In this document: positions 29,846-38,858 of the stretch, one piece after another
How the letters are laid out: every line of letters starts with the position of its first letter
Numbering within the stretch: the stretch's first letter is position 1
NCBI GenBank assembly: GCA_024231025.1
Contig: JAAEQW010000274.1
Location: 1,615 to 65,614, forward strand
Reading direction: 5' to 3'
Source: Candidatus Omnitrophota bacterium
GTDB lineage: Bacteria; Omnitrophota; Gorgyraeia; Duberdicusellales; 4484-171
DNA length: 64,000 bases
Notes under the pieces: generated by a model
Databases searched by the model: none
The model's input: only the letters and a program-made list of their open reading frames with translations
What the model was told of the DNA's origin: nothing
Program-made: the position numbers and the translations under genes

Positions 29846-32578
29846 TTAATCCAGCATATCCCGCAACTTATGCGCTAAGGTTTCTTCGGTAAAAGGCTTC
29901 TGCAAAAAGGCTTTTCCGCCCTTGAGAATATCCGGGCTAAGGGCAATGTCATCGGTGTATCCAGAAACAAACAAGATCTTTGTTTCTGGATACAAATTAG
30001 CAAACTCATCAGCCAATATTTTTCCACTCATTTGCGGCATAACAACATCGGTTAATAGTAGATCTATTTTTTTATTTGCTTCTTGGGCCACTAGCAATGC
30101 TTCTTTTCCTTCGCTTGCTTCCATAACAGAGTATCCCAATCGATTCAAAATCCTAACGATTACCTTACGAACCAAAGGTTCATCTTCCACAACAAAGATC
30201 AATTCGTTTCCCCGTGGCAGATTGATTGCATCTTCACGATAAGCCACTTCTAATTCGCGTTCTGAGGTGCGCGGTAAAAACACCTTGACCGTGGTTCCTT
30301 TGTTTTCTTCACTAATAATTTCCACCGCGCCTTGGTGCTGCTTTATAATTCCATAAACCGTAGAAAGCCCCAGGCCCGTGCCTTTGCCAAATTCTTTGGT
30401 AGTGAAAAATGGCTCAAAAAGATGCTGTTTCACCTCTTCATTCATGCCAAACCCCGTATCTTTTACCGAAAGCATAACAAAATCTCCCGCATTCATACTA
30501 GAATGAGGCAATATTTGCTGATTATCAAAAGTAACGTTTGCCGTTTCAATGATAAGCTTGCCGCCAGTGGGCATGGCATCTTTTGCATTTACAACCAGAT
30601 TGACTAGAGCCTGCTCCAATTGACCGATATCCGCTTTGACTACGCCAATATTTGAATCAAAAATTGCGACAAACTCTATATCTTCTCGAATAAGCCTGCG
30701 AAGCATTTTTTCCACGTTCAGTATAAACTCATTAAGATTAATCGCCTGAGGAGAAATGAACTGACGCCTTGAAAAAGAAAGAAGTTGACGGGTAAGGTTG
30801 GTTGCGCGTTTTGCGACTTTAATAATTTGCGTTATATCTTCTTTGCCGGATTCGTCTAAAGATGCGTTACCCTTAGCTAAAGTAGCATAGTTCGTGATCG
30901 CTGTTAATAAATTATTGAAATCATGCGCAACGCCACCAGCAAGACGGCCAATCGTTTCCATTTTTTGAGATTGCAAAAGCTGCGCTTCTACACTTTTGCG
31001 TTGCGTAATATCCACAAAGGAGACCATTATTTTTATCGGTTTTTTAGTACTATCTGCAACTATGCTTGCTGAAACCTGAACATCAAAAAGAGTATTATCT
31101 TTTTTCTTGGCAACAGTCTCACCTAAAAAATCACCGCTTAAGCTTACGGTCTTTATGATTTCTGAGGCTTCCTCCTCCTTGCTGAAAAAATTAGCAATGC
31201 TTATCCCTAAAATTTCCTCATCGGAATCGTATTGCCACAGGCTTGTAAACGCTTGGTTGACATACTCAATCACTCCATCTAAATTCAAAATTGTAATCGC
31301 ATTAATTGAAGAGGCAATGGCGCTTTCTTTAATTTGGAGCTCTTCTTCGACCCTTTTAAGGCCCGTAATGTCCTCTACAAAAATTAACACTTTACGTTTG
31401 CCTTCTTCTTCCACCGGCATGCCATACAGGTTTCCTAACACAACTTTTTGAGATTGTGCAGATGGAAATCTAACATTACTAAAGAAAAATGAATCGCCCT
31501 TTTCTAGAACACGTTTTACTTCTTCCGCAAGCCCTAATTCTTTGTAAATTGCAGATTCAAACAAATTCAATTCACTAATTTGCTCATAAGTATTGCCAGA
31601 AATATCCACCATTGCCGGGTTAATATAGTCGACTCCTCCTACCTCGTTAACGATATAAATACCAAAGGGAGATTTCTTCAAAATATTTTGCGTTGTTCGA
31701 TACGCCTTTTGCAAATTATCTTGCGCTTGTTTATATTGAGTGATATCTTTACCGGAGCTGAACATCCCTGTAATCTTTCCCAAGTCGTTCTTTAGGAGAA
31801 TGCTGTGCCACGATATTATTCTAACCTCACCGGCGGCAGTAGTTATCGAGAGTTCCGCATGCTCTAGGCACTCTCTCTGCCCAAGCATAACCTCATCAAA
31901 CTGATATTTTAACTCGTACCTATCCGGTTCAGGAAAGGCAATCTTAAACCAATCCTCATTAATGATGTCTTTTGCTTTTCGCCCTATAATTTCTTCGCCT
32001 CTTTTATTGATAAATTCCACATTACCTTCGACGCTTAAAGACAGTGACACAACATCTGTAACATCAAAATATTTCTGCAGCTCTTCTCTTTGTCGCCTAA
32101 GTTCTATTTCCGCGTTCTTAAGCTCGGTTATGTCTCGAATGATACCACTCGCTCCAAGAAGCACCTTATCTTTGCTTTTAATGTCATCGCTCCAACGACC
32201 AAACGAGTGTATCTGAACATAAACATATTGCGCATCGGAAGTATTTGAATTTTTAAGTAGGATCCTGACTTGGAGATTTTTTGTCATTCGCATGCCAGTT
32301 CTTCTTTCATCAAAAAGCTTTACCGCATCATCGGTGCCCATCTTTTTTCCTTTACGCTGCGGTAAAGTTAGTGTTTGGCTTACGGCAACAAAATCGTCAG
32401 GATGGACCAACACTTTAAAGTGTTTTCCCAGTAAATCTTCTGGTTGATAACCAAACTGAGTTATGGCTTTATTAAGAAAGGCGAACTTCCCAGATGAATC
32501 AAGTTCATAAACAACATCCGGTATTTGCCCAATGAGTTCTTTGTACCAGATGTCACTATTCTGTTTACGATTAAACAT
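29846..32578 (-). CDS. Multi-PAS hybrid histidine kinase
   Basis: Four PAS domains, AHDFNNLL, FEPFFTTK..GKGTGLGL and a C-terminal REC. Confidence 0.95.
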   Translation of the reverse strand: MFNRKQNSDIWYKELIGQIPDVVYELDSSGKFAFLNKAITQFGYQPEDLLGKHFKVLVHPDDFVAVSQTLTLPQRKGKKMGTDDAVKLFDERRTGMRMTKNLQVRILLKNSNTSDAQYVYVQIHSFGRWSDDIKSKDKVLLGASGIIRDITELKNAEIELRRQREELQKYFDVTDVVSLSLSVEGNVEFINKRGEEIIGRKAKDIINEDWFKIAFPEPDRYELKYQFDEVMLGQRECLEHAELSITTAAGEVRIISWHSILLKNDLGKITGMFSSGKDITQYKQAQDNLQKAYRTTQNILKKSPFGIYIVNEVGGVDYINPAMVDISGNTYEQISELNLFESAIYKELGLAEEVKRVLEKGDSFFFSNVRFPSAQSQKVVLGNLYGMPVEEEGKRKVLIFVEDITGLKRVEEELQIKESAIASSINAITILNLDGVIEYVNQAFTSLWQYDSDEEILGISIANFFSKEEEASEIIKTVSLSGDFLGETVAKKKDNTLFDVQVSASIVADSTKKPIKIMVSFVDITQRKSVEAQLLQSQKMETIGRLAGGVAHDFNNLLTAITNYATLAKGNASLDESGKEDITQIIKVAKRATNLTRQLLSFSRRQFISPQAINLNEFILNVEKMLRRLIREDIEFVAIFDSNIGVVKADIGQLEQALVNLVVNAKDAMPTGGKLIIETANVTFDNQQILPHSSMNAGDFVMLSVKDTGFGMNEEVKQHLFEPFFTTKEFGKGTGLGLSTVYGIIKQHQGAVEIISEENKGTTVKVFLPRTSERELEVAYREDAINLPRGNELIFVVEDEPLVRKVIVRILNRLGYSVMEASEGKEALLVAQEANKKIDLLLTDVVMPQMSGKILADEFANLYPETKILFVSGYTDDIALSPDILKGGKAFLQKPFTEETLAHKLRDMLD

Positions 32579-32579
32579 A

Positions 32580-32852
32580 TTAACTAAATTTGTAATGTTT
32601 TTTTACTTTTTTCTTTACAATCCATTTGCAGCTCAAACCCTGTGGAAATGAAACAAAGTCTCCTTTGCAAATTTTTACAGATTCGTTGTCGGTTTGGACA
32701 ACTACTTCACCTTCCAAAAAAAGACACTCTTCTTTTTGGTCGTAATGCCAATCAAACGTGCTTTCTTCTTTTTGCCAAATTGGCCAATTGTTTATTCCTA
32801 ACTGAGCAACTTCCTCATCCGTTAATTTTTTAATTTCAATTTTTTCACTCAT
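32580..32852 (-). CDS. Cupin_3 (DUF861) protein
   Basis: WPIW, FDWHY..EEC.FLEG and GDFVSFPQG. Confidence 0.88.
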   Translation of the reverse strand: MSEKIEIKKLTDEEVAQLGINNWPIWQKEESTFDWHYDQKEECLFLEGEVVVQTDNESVKICKGDFVSFPQGLSCKWIVKKKVKKHYKFS

Positions 32853-33610
32853 TAGACCCTCCCTTTTAAATATTGTAGTCTCAATTTTTCAGGAAATTTT
32901 TCAATCGCATACCGTAACATAACTCTTGGCATAGTTTTGTAATGCCGCTTAAGAAATTCCTCTTCCTTAAGCTTATCTCTTTTGCCCACTTCACGCAACA
33001 TCCATCCGCATGCTTTATGAATTAAATCATGTTTATCCGATAGTAGTATTTTAGCAATTTTTAACGTATCTTCAAATTTATTATTTCTAATAAAAGAAAG
33101 AGTTGCGACAATCGAAACCCTTCTTTGCCATAAGCTCTTTGATCTAGCCAACTTATAGAGTGTTCTTTTATCTTTATCTTTTAAAAAATCACCAACAATA
33201 TTAGGCGCACTTAAATCAACTAGGTCCCAATTGTTTATAAACTTAGTGTTATTTAGATATACTTTGAATATTTTTTCTCTTTGAGAAATATTTCCCTTAT
33301 TATACTTCATAATGAAGATCAAAAGAGCCAACAAACGTTCTTCGTGAATGGGTGATTTTAAAATCTCAAGTGTTTCGCTTAAGCTTAAATCTTGATTGCG
33401 CTTGGCAACACTGCGAGTTTGCGGAACCTTAACCCCTAAAAAAATATCACCTTCTCCATATTGACCCGGACCGGTTTTAAAGAAGTTTTGTAGAATTTTG
33501 GCCTTTTGCTTGCTAGAGTGTCTTTTTAACTCTCTTTTAACTTTTGCTGCCTTAACCGACAACGCCTCATCTTGCTTCGTCGATAATTTTAGGCTTTTGG
33601 AAGAACTCAT
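32852..33610 (-). CDS. DNA alkylation repair protein (AlkD-like)
   Basis: FFKTGPGQYGEGD, NNWDLVD and HKACGWMLRE. Confidence 0.9.
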   Translation of the reverse strand: MSSSKSLKLSTKQDEALSVKAAKVKRELKRHSSKQKAKILQNFFKTGPGQYGEGDIFLGVKVPQTRSVAKRNQDLSLSETLEILKSPIHEERLLALLIFIMKYNKGNISQREKIFKVYLNNTKFINNWDLVDLSAPNIVGDFLKDKDKRTLYKLARSKSLWQRRVSIVATLSFIRNNKFEDTLKIAKILLSDKHDLIHKACGWMLREVGKRDKLKEEEFLKRHYKTMPRVMLRYAIEKFPEKLRLQYLKGRV

Positions 33611-33887
33611 CTTTGTGTTTTACCCCCTTACAGGCATAGAAAAAAATAATTGCCGCCTCTCTGTACAATTGCCCACAATAACTCAAGCTTTGTAATACAG
33701 CTTGTTTAACGTGACTGGTATAACTTTTAATTTTTGTTTCTTGAAAACAGAGGAAAATAATGAAAACTATCAAAAAAATAAATCGCATCGACACACGACG
33801 GAAAACTTTTGTTCTCTTTTTTTGATAACACTGTTGACAAAGATGACCTTTGGCAACTTCCTTAAAACATTCAACACAATGTCTCAT
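33567..33887 (-). CDS. Small hypothetical membrane protein with CxxC...CxxC
   Basis: CVEC...CQQC followed by one TM helix; co-oriented with neighbours. Confidence 0.5.
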   Translation of the reverse strand: MRHCVECFKEVAKGHLCQQCYQKKRTKVFRRVSMRFIFLIVFIIFLCFQETKIKSYTSHVKQAVLQSLSYCGQLYREAAIIFFYACKGVKHKDEFFQKPKIIDEAR

Positions 33888-34240
33888 ATTAAGCGATGTT
33901 TAAAGAAATAAATAGCGCGACTCGATTGAACTGATAATGCTCTAATGCTCTATTTTTCGCTCAAAGAGCGAAAAATGGCGGCGAATGCTCAATGAGGCAA
34001 CGGTTTTCAAGTCGCAGACGCTGAAAACTGTGTAGCCGAATTAATCCCGATAAGCGAGTCACACGAGCTGTATCGGGAGACTTGTTGAGCTCCTCAATAT
34101 TACCTATAAAGCGAAATCCGCCTCTGGCGGGAACCACCGACAAAACGGGTATGAGGCTCGTACCTCGCCCATCCAAATAACTATTATTACACAAAAAACC
34201 CATATTGTAGATTAATTTTCCGTTACGCCTTCACCTTCTT

Positions 34241-34861
34241 TTAAATTATCTTGTCCTTGCTCGCACGTATTCTAATAACATTTTCGGATACTTTAAATTT
34301 ATCTGGCAATAAAAATCTGAATATGACTTTTTTAATCCCATCAGAATTATCGTCATACTTAAACTCACATATATCTTCTGCTTCTTTAATCGCCTTATAA
34401 AACTCTTTTTTAAAAACTTTCCGAGGAACTAACACCAAACCAGCAAAGTTGTCAGCTTGTCGTTCAAGCATATCTCTTTTTTCTACTGACATATCTTGAA
34501 TCAATTTTTTCCACTCGTCTCTACTTTCAAACGTAAACTCCTGATACATATAAGAGTGCAAAAACATATGCCCTATTTCATGTGCTAAACTAAAACGTAA
34601 TCTGTTTGGGCGTTGATGATAAATAAACTCATCAACGGAAATGCTACTAAAATCATTAGCAATAAAAGCATCTATATCCAACCCCGCCCTCGAAAATGAA
34701 TTTTTCAAATCAGGAAGTGGAATAATATCTATTTTTAATTTATTGTCTAAAATTTCCTCTATATCAACAAAGATAGAGAAATCTGGGCTGTAACTTGCTA
34801 AAAAACTTTCAGCAACAGCATTTATTTCATCGTAGGTTTTGAAGATGGGTTCGAATTGCAT
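34241..34861 (-). CDS. ImmA/IrrE-family metallopeptidase
   Basis: RLRFSLAHEIGH and ERQADNFAGLVLVP. Confidence 0.9.
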   Translation of the reverse strand: MQFEPIFKTYDEINAVAESFLASYSPDFSIFVDIEEILDNKLKIDIIPLPDLKNSFSRAGLDIDAFIANDFSSISVDEFIYHQRPNRLRFSLAHEIGHMFLHSYMYQEFTFESRDEWKKLIQDMSVEKRDMLERQADNFAGLVLVPRKVFKKEFYKAIKEAEDICEFKYDDNSDGIKKVIFRFLLPDKFKVSENVIRIRASKDKII

Positions 34862-34866
34862 TCAGT

Positions 34867-35232
34867 CTAAGATTCTTTTATCCTATCAATCAGCTCATCA
34901 AGCTCTTTCTCGGATAACTTTTTATCTTTTAATGTTCTGAAAAATACTGGCAGGCGAGACATTAGCTCCTCTTCCTTTTGTACATCAGTAGGAATTTTCC
35001 CCGCATCAACTGACGCAAAATCCATGAATGCTTGCCAATCATCGCTACCTTTTTTGATTTCTAAAAAAGTAGCTAATTCTTCAAGCCTTTCTTCAGACTG
35101 CGGCGGAGACATTTTCCCCCGTTCAATCTTGCTTATATTCCCAGCATCCAATTCATGTTCCAAGCAAAATTGACGCAATGTCTTCCCTAAAGATATCCTT
35201 TTTTCTTTAAAAAATTCTCCGAAACTACCCAT
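34867..35232 (-). CDS. XRE-family HTH regulator
   Basis: FGEFFKEKR...TLRQFC...NISKIERG; GGAGG Shine-Dalgarno. Confidence 0.9.
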   Translation of the reverse strand: MGSFGEFFKEKRISLGKTLRQFCLEHELDAGNISKIERGKMSPPQSEERLEELATFLEIKKGSDDWQAFMDFASVDAGKIPTDVQKEEELMSRLPVFFRTLKDKKLSEKELDELIDRIKES

Positions 35233-35526
35233 ATTAAACCTCCCCCACTAAGGTTTATGTGTTGTAATATACTTACAACTCCCAATTAGAGTGTACCATA
35301 ATTGTAAAAAAAATACAACCTTGTTCAAGTCCATTCCATATACATTATTACTTCTATATCTCTCATAATATCAATGTGTTACAGCAAAAATATAATTTAA
35401 TTTCCAACAATATCTTAATGCCACTCTAAATTCACTCAAAATAAACAAATAAACGACCGTTTTTAGTTTCCTAATTCTTACCATAATATCGCCCATTTTG
35501 CTTGCCTAAGAGCCTGCGGAAACTAA

Positions 35527-35664
35527 GGACTTGTCGAAAAAGCTGGAATAGATTACAAATACTACCAAAGGATAGAAGGTAAAAACCCTCCGAACTTAAA
35601 ACTAGAAGCTATCGAATCTCTCTGCAAAGCTTTTAAGATCAAACCTACGAAAATACTTGAATAA
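35527..35664 (+). pseudogene. 5'-truncated XRE HTH remnant
   Basis: Reads LVEKAGIDYKYYQRIEGKNPPNLKLEAIESLCKAFKIKPTKILE*; preceded by an in-frame TAA and has no start codon. Confidence 0.7.
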
Positions 35665-35759
35665 AAACTCGCCAAAGGCTTTAAAACAAAACTATCTAAG
35701 CTTTTAGATATTAAATAATAAGATTCTTTAGCGGCATTTAAGCGATCTGAATATATTAA

Positions 35760-36782
35760 CTAAGGCAATAATCTTCTATTTACAGCTATTAGCTTGCTTA
35801 CTTCCTTTGAATCAACATCAAAATGATGACCTGATTTTATTGGAATCAATACCCCATTAAAATTATTACAAAATTTCACTAAATATGTCTTGAGATTAAA
35901 GATGCTCACCCTGCTAATTAAGCTTGTGCCTTTCCATCCCAAAATAATAAGGTGACCATTTGTAACTTTTATATTTTGACTTTGCAGTTTTCTATCAATA
36001 TCAAGAATAGGTGGTTCGTTGACACCGAAATACTCTTTGCTATCTCCTTCACCAAATCTTATAAATTTCCTAATTCCGTCAAATTCTTCTCTCAAAGCGA
36101 ATTTTTTCCCGACTATGCATGCTAAATAATTAAAAGCTATCTTGCATATCCCTCTATATACCACAGAATCAATTTTTATAATACCTTCGACTAATGTTTG
36201 ATTCCTCTTTTTAACTTCCTCTGGCCACTCTAAATCTTCTTCGGGTTTAATATTCATCCCTTTATCGCTAAACACTCTTAATAGACTTTGCATTTCATTA
36301 TCGTCTTTTGCTATTAAAGGAATTTTCTTATCTTTAATCTCGTACCCTTTACTTGTTAATTCTTTCGCATGGGGTATATCATTCGGCTCAAAATAATCAT
36401 ATTCTTGTGTTTGCTTATTGAAAAACCCTGCTTGTAATACAGGGTCTATATCATTTTCTCCTTGCACTCCAGAGTACCTTGGTATAACTATCATCCCTTT
36501 CAACTCTCCACAAGGTATCTTAAATTTCAATCTCTTATGCTTCTTCGGATTTTCTCTTGGTTTAATGCCATGGATATATCTAACAACTCCCTCGATGGTG
36601 TCCCTGCCTAAGTATAGCTCTATATTATTTCCAAAAAACTGGTTACACTCATCACAGACGCTTTTATAAAGTAAAAGATTACCGGGAGTAAATTTACCGA
36701 AGCATTGAGGAATAACATGCTCTCGCTTGCTAAATTCTTCTTCTGCCTTATCTTTAGAGCAATAAATACACTTTTCCTTCAT
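35760..36782 (-). CDS. HNH endonuclease domain protein (HNH_5-like) with long C-terminal region
   Basis: CIYC...EHVIPQCFG...VCDECN. Confidence 0.82.
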   Translation of the reverse strand: MKEKCIYCSKDKAEEEFSKREHVIPQCFGKFTPGNLLLYKSVCDECNQFFGNNIELYLGRDTIEGVVRYIHGIKPRENPKKHKRLKFKIPCGELKGMIVIPRYSGVQGENDIDPVLQAGFFNKQTQEYDYFEPNDIPHAKELTSKGYEIKDKKIPLIAKDDNEMQSLLRVFSDKGMNIKPEEDLEWPEEVKKRNQTLVEGIIKIDSVVYRGICKIAFNYLACIVGKKFALREEFDGIRKFIRFGEGDSKEYFGVNEPPILDIDRKLQSQNIKVTNGHLIILGWKGTSLISRVSIFNLKTYLVKFCNNFNGVLIPIKSGHHFDVDSKEVSKLIAVNRRLLP

Positions 36783-36924
36783 AATATCCTTATTATAGCT
36801 CTGGAATAGACTTTTCGTATTAAATATTCAACGAATGCCTCTCAACCGCATTTTTTAGCTGTTTGTCCTTACAACCTAAGTAGCATCTGGTTTGAAGAAA
36901 AGAGTCTAGTGCGAGGTTATTTAC

Positions 36925-37275
36925 TTACTGTTTCTTATTGATCAAACCGGAGAGCATTTTGCAAATAGTTTCTAGGTTTTGCAAAAGAGTCTGGCAAACT
37001 GCCGCATCAACTAAATTTTCCCGTTTGCAGATTTCTAAAATAGGTACGCATTCAAAGGCGGAGCCGCGAGCAATCCGAAAGAATGATTGCCTTTCTTTAA
37101 GGTGATATCTGCCATTGCCTTCGGCAATGTTTAAAGAAACAGAAAGAGCGGCGCGGTTGAATTGATCGATGATATGATAGTTACCTTTGGGGAAGCTCTT
37201 CGTAAGCTTAGATACTTGACAATAAAAGTCTATGGCTTTATTGTAAACGTCTAATTTTTCAAGCATGAAAGCCAT
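36925..37275 (-). CDS. Four-helix-bundle protein (23S rRNA IVS / bAvd-like)
   Basis: EKLDVY, DQFNRAALSVSLNIAEG and IARGSAFEC. Confidence 0.92.
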   Translation of the reverse strand: MAFMLEKLDVYNKAIDFYCQVSKLTKSFPKGNYHIIDQFNRAALSVSLNIAEGNGRYHLKERQSFFRIARGSAFECVPILEICKRENLVDAAVCQTLLQNLETICKMLSGLINKKQ

Positions 37276-37284
37276 AATCACCAG

Positions 37285-37367
37285 ACATTGAACATTTGAT
37301 CATTGGAACATTTGACCACATTGTCGCATTCCTCTAATGTTCAAATGCTCGAATGCTCCAATGCTCT
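37285..37367. repeat. Inverted array of ~8-nt units upstream of the four-helix-bundle gene
   Basis: (GAA)CATT(TG) units facing AATGCTC(N) units. Confidence 0.75.
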
Positions 37368-37391
37368 ATTTTTCGCTCAAAGAGCGAAAAA

Positions 37392-37465
37392 TGGCGGCGA
37401 GTGGACTTGAACCACCGACAAAACGGGTATGAGCCGTTTGCTCTACCAGCCTGAGCTACGCCGCC
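37392..37465 (-). tRNA. tRNA-Met (CAT), probably elongator; CCA not encoded
   Basis: GGCGGCGTAGCTCAG...CTCATAC...GGTTCAAGTCC...CGCCGCCA cloverleaf with G1-C72 pair. Confidence 0.95.
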
Positions 37466-37539
37466 AAGATAGAATATCACCCAACAAACATAAAGGCTTG
37501 ATTATTATATTTCAAAGGCGAGTTGTTATAAAGACAACA

Positions 37540-37848
37540 TTAAAAATGAAAATCCTTAACAATCACCCATAAAAGCGCAACGATAACCCCTGAACAAATA
37601 ACATAAAAATCATAAAAATAGAAAAACTCTCTTAAGCGTTCCCGATTGTGATGCTTTCCGGCAGGAAGATTATATTTTTTTTTAATATCTTCTTTCATCT
37701 TGAGAATATCTTTTCTTTTGAAACGAAGATATTCTCCTGCCATTTTAAAATGCGGCAAAAGATCGCTATTCGCTAAATCAATTACATCCTTTTCGGGTAT
37801 TCCCAATATCCGGGAAACTTCACGCGTAGTAAGAAGTTTTTCTTCCAT
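37540..37848 (-). CDS. HTH_17 (excisionase/MerR-like) protein with C-terminal TM anchor
   Basis: LLTTREVSRILG...LPHFKMAGEYLRF; hydrophobic C-terminus. Confidence 0.82.
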   Translation of the reverse strand: MEEKLLTTREVSRILGIPEKDVIDLANSDLLPHFKMAGEYLRFKRKDILKMKEDIKKKYNLPAGKHHNRERLREFFYFYDFYVICSGVIVALLWVIVKDFHF

Positions 37849-37862
37849 GACAATTTACTCGT

Positions 37863-38375
37863 TTAACTATTTTGGCTAAGCCAGGTTTCTACTTCCTTGT
37901 GATCAAATAAAAGATTTGAGCCCGACTTTTCTGCCGGAATCGCTCCAGTTCCGACCCACTCCATAATTTTACTCTCGCCTACCGAAAGATAGTCAGATAG
38001 CTCTTCTATTGACATTTTTACTTGAGCCATTCTGCAATTTCCGTTTAGCACTGCCCCTTTATCAACGGCAAGCCGGGGAGTTTCAATGTTTCCAACTACC
38101 TCAGCTGTTGACCCTAGTTCAACTAAACGACTAGCTTTAATGTCGCCTTTTACTATACCGGCAATGGCTATGTTTTCGCCGATAATATCTGCTGTTACGG
38201 TAGCGTTTTTACCGATAATCAAATTCCCTTTTGTTGTTAAATCTCCATCAAACTTTCCACTTATGCGTAAATTTACAGGGTCAGAAAAAACTAAGCTTCC
38301 CCTCATTGCTGCAGTAACGTCAAGAAACTTCACTTCATCACTTTTTTTGTCTTCCCTTTTCTTCATCACAACCAC
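37863..38375 (-). CDS. Bactofilin fused to a C-terminal HTH_17 domain
   Basis: Beta-helical repeats (LRISGKFDGDL...GAVLNGNCRM), then MSIEELSDYL...IPAEK...LLFD..EVETWL. Confidence 0.88.
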   Translation of the reverse strand: MVVMKKREDKKSDEVKFLDVTAAMRGSLVFSDPVNLRISGKFDGDLTTKGNLIIGKNATVTADIIGENIAIAGIVKGDIKASRLVELGSTAEVVGNIETPRLAVDKGAVLNGNCRMAQVKMSIEELSDYLSVGESKIMEWVGTGAIPAEKSGSNLLFDHKEVETWLSQNS

Positions 38376-38420
38376 CCCCTGTTACAAATGCACCAAACGG
38401 TGCGCCATTATATAAATACA

Positions 38421-38858
38421 TTAGTTACTTTTATTATGTGCTTTTTCTTCGGCACGTTTTACATACGAAAGAGTAACGTAGGCAATGATTGTTGCAAATA
38501 AAGCGCCACTTATATACCCGCAACCAGCAGCCAAACCGATTGCCGCGTTTATCCAAACGCTTCCAGCTGTGGTTAACCCTCTAATTCCTTGAGGGTTCCT
38601 TATAATCGTACCTGCGCCTAAAAATCCAATACCCGTTACAACCCCCGCAGCAATCCTGCCAGGATCAATTTGTGCTATATCTTGATAAGCTTGGAAAACA
38701 TATATTGACACCAGCATTATAAGAGCCGAGCCAACGCAAACTAAAATATGCGTACGAAGCCCAGGGTGTTTTCCTCTTTTTTCCCGTTCTAATCCAATTA
38801 CCCCACCAAAAACAAAAGCCAGCGATAATCGCACTATCGTATCAAACAAACTTAACAT
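38421..38858 (-). CDS. MgtC/SapB family membrane protein
   Basis: IGLERE, GLRTHILV, GIGFLGAG and GLTTA. Confidence 0.92.
   Translation of the reverse strand: MLSLFDTIVRLSLAFVFGGVIGLEREKRGKHPGLRTHILVCVGSALIMLVSIYVFQAYQDIAQIDPGRIAAGVVTGIGFLGAGTIIRNPQGIRGLTTAGSVWINAAIGLAAGCGYISGALFATIIAYVTLSYVKRAEEKAHNKSN

Larger units (their letters stand above)
33944..37433. mobile_element. tRNA-Met-integrated genomic islet (~3.5 kb, no integrase)
   Basis: 33944-33984 is identical to 37360-37400 (41 bp) and 34131-34155 is identical to 37409-37433 (25 bp), i.e. the tRNA 3' half is duplicated. Confidence 0.8.

Noticed and set aside
33961-34203. 80-aa ORF across the att copy
   Set aside because: It overlaps the tRNA-derived repeat and structured insert and has no protein features.
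36925-37275. Diversity-generating retroelement, because the protein is Avd-like
   Set aside because: No reverse transcriptase and no TR/VR pair with adenine-specific differences was seen.
37540-37848. Excisionase belonging to the tRNA-Met islet
   Set aside because: It lies on the 5' side of the tRNA, outside the direct repeats, has a TM anchor and is coupled to the bactofilin gene.
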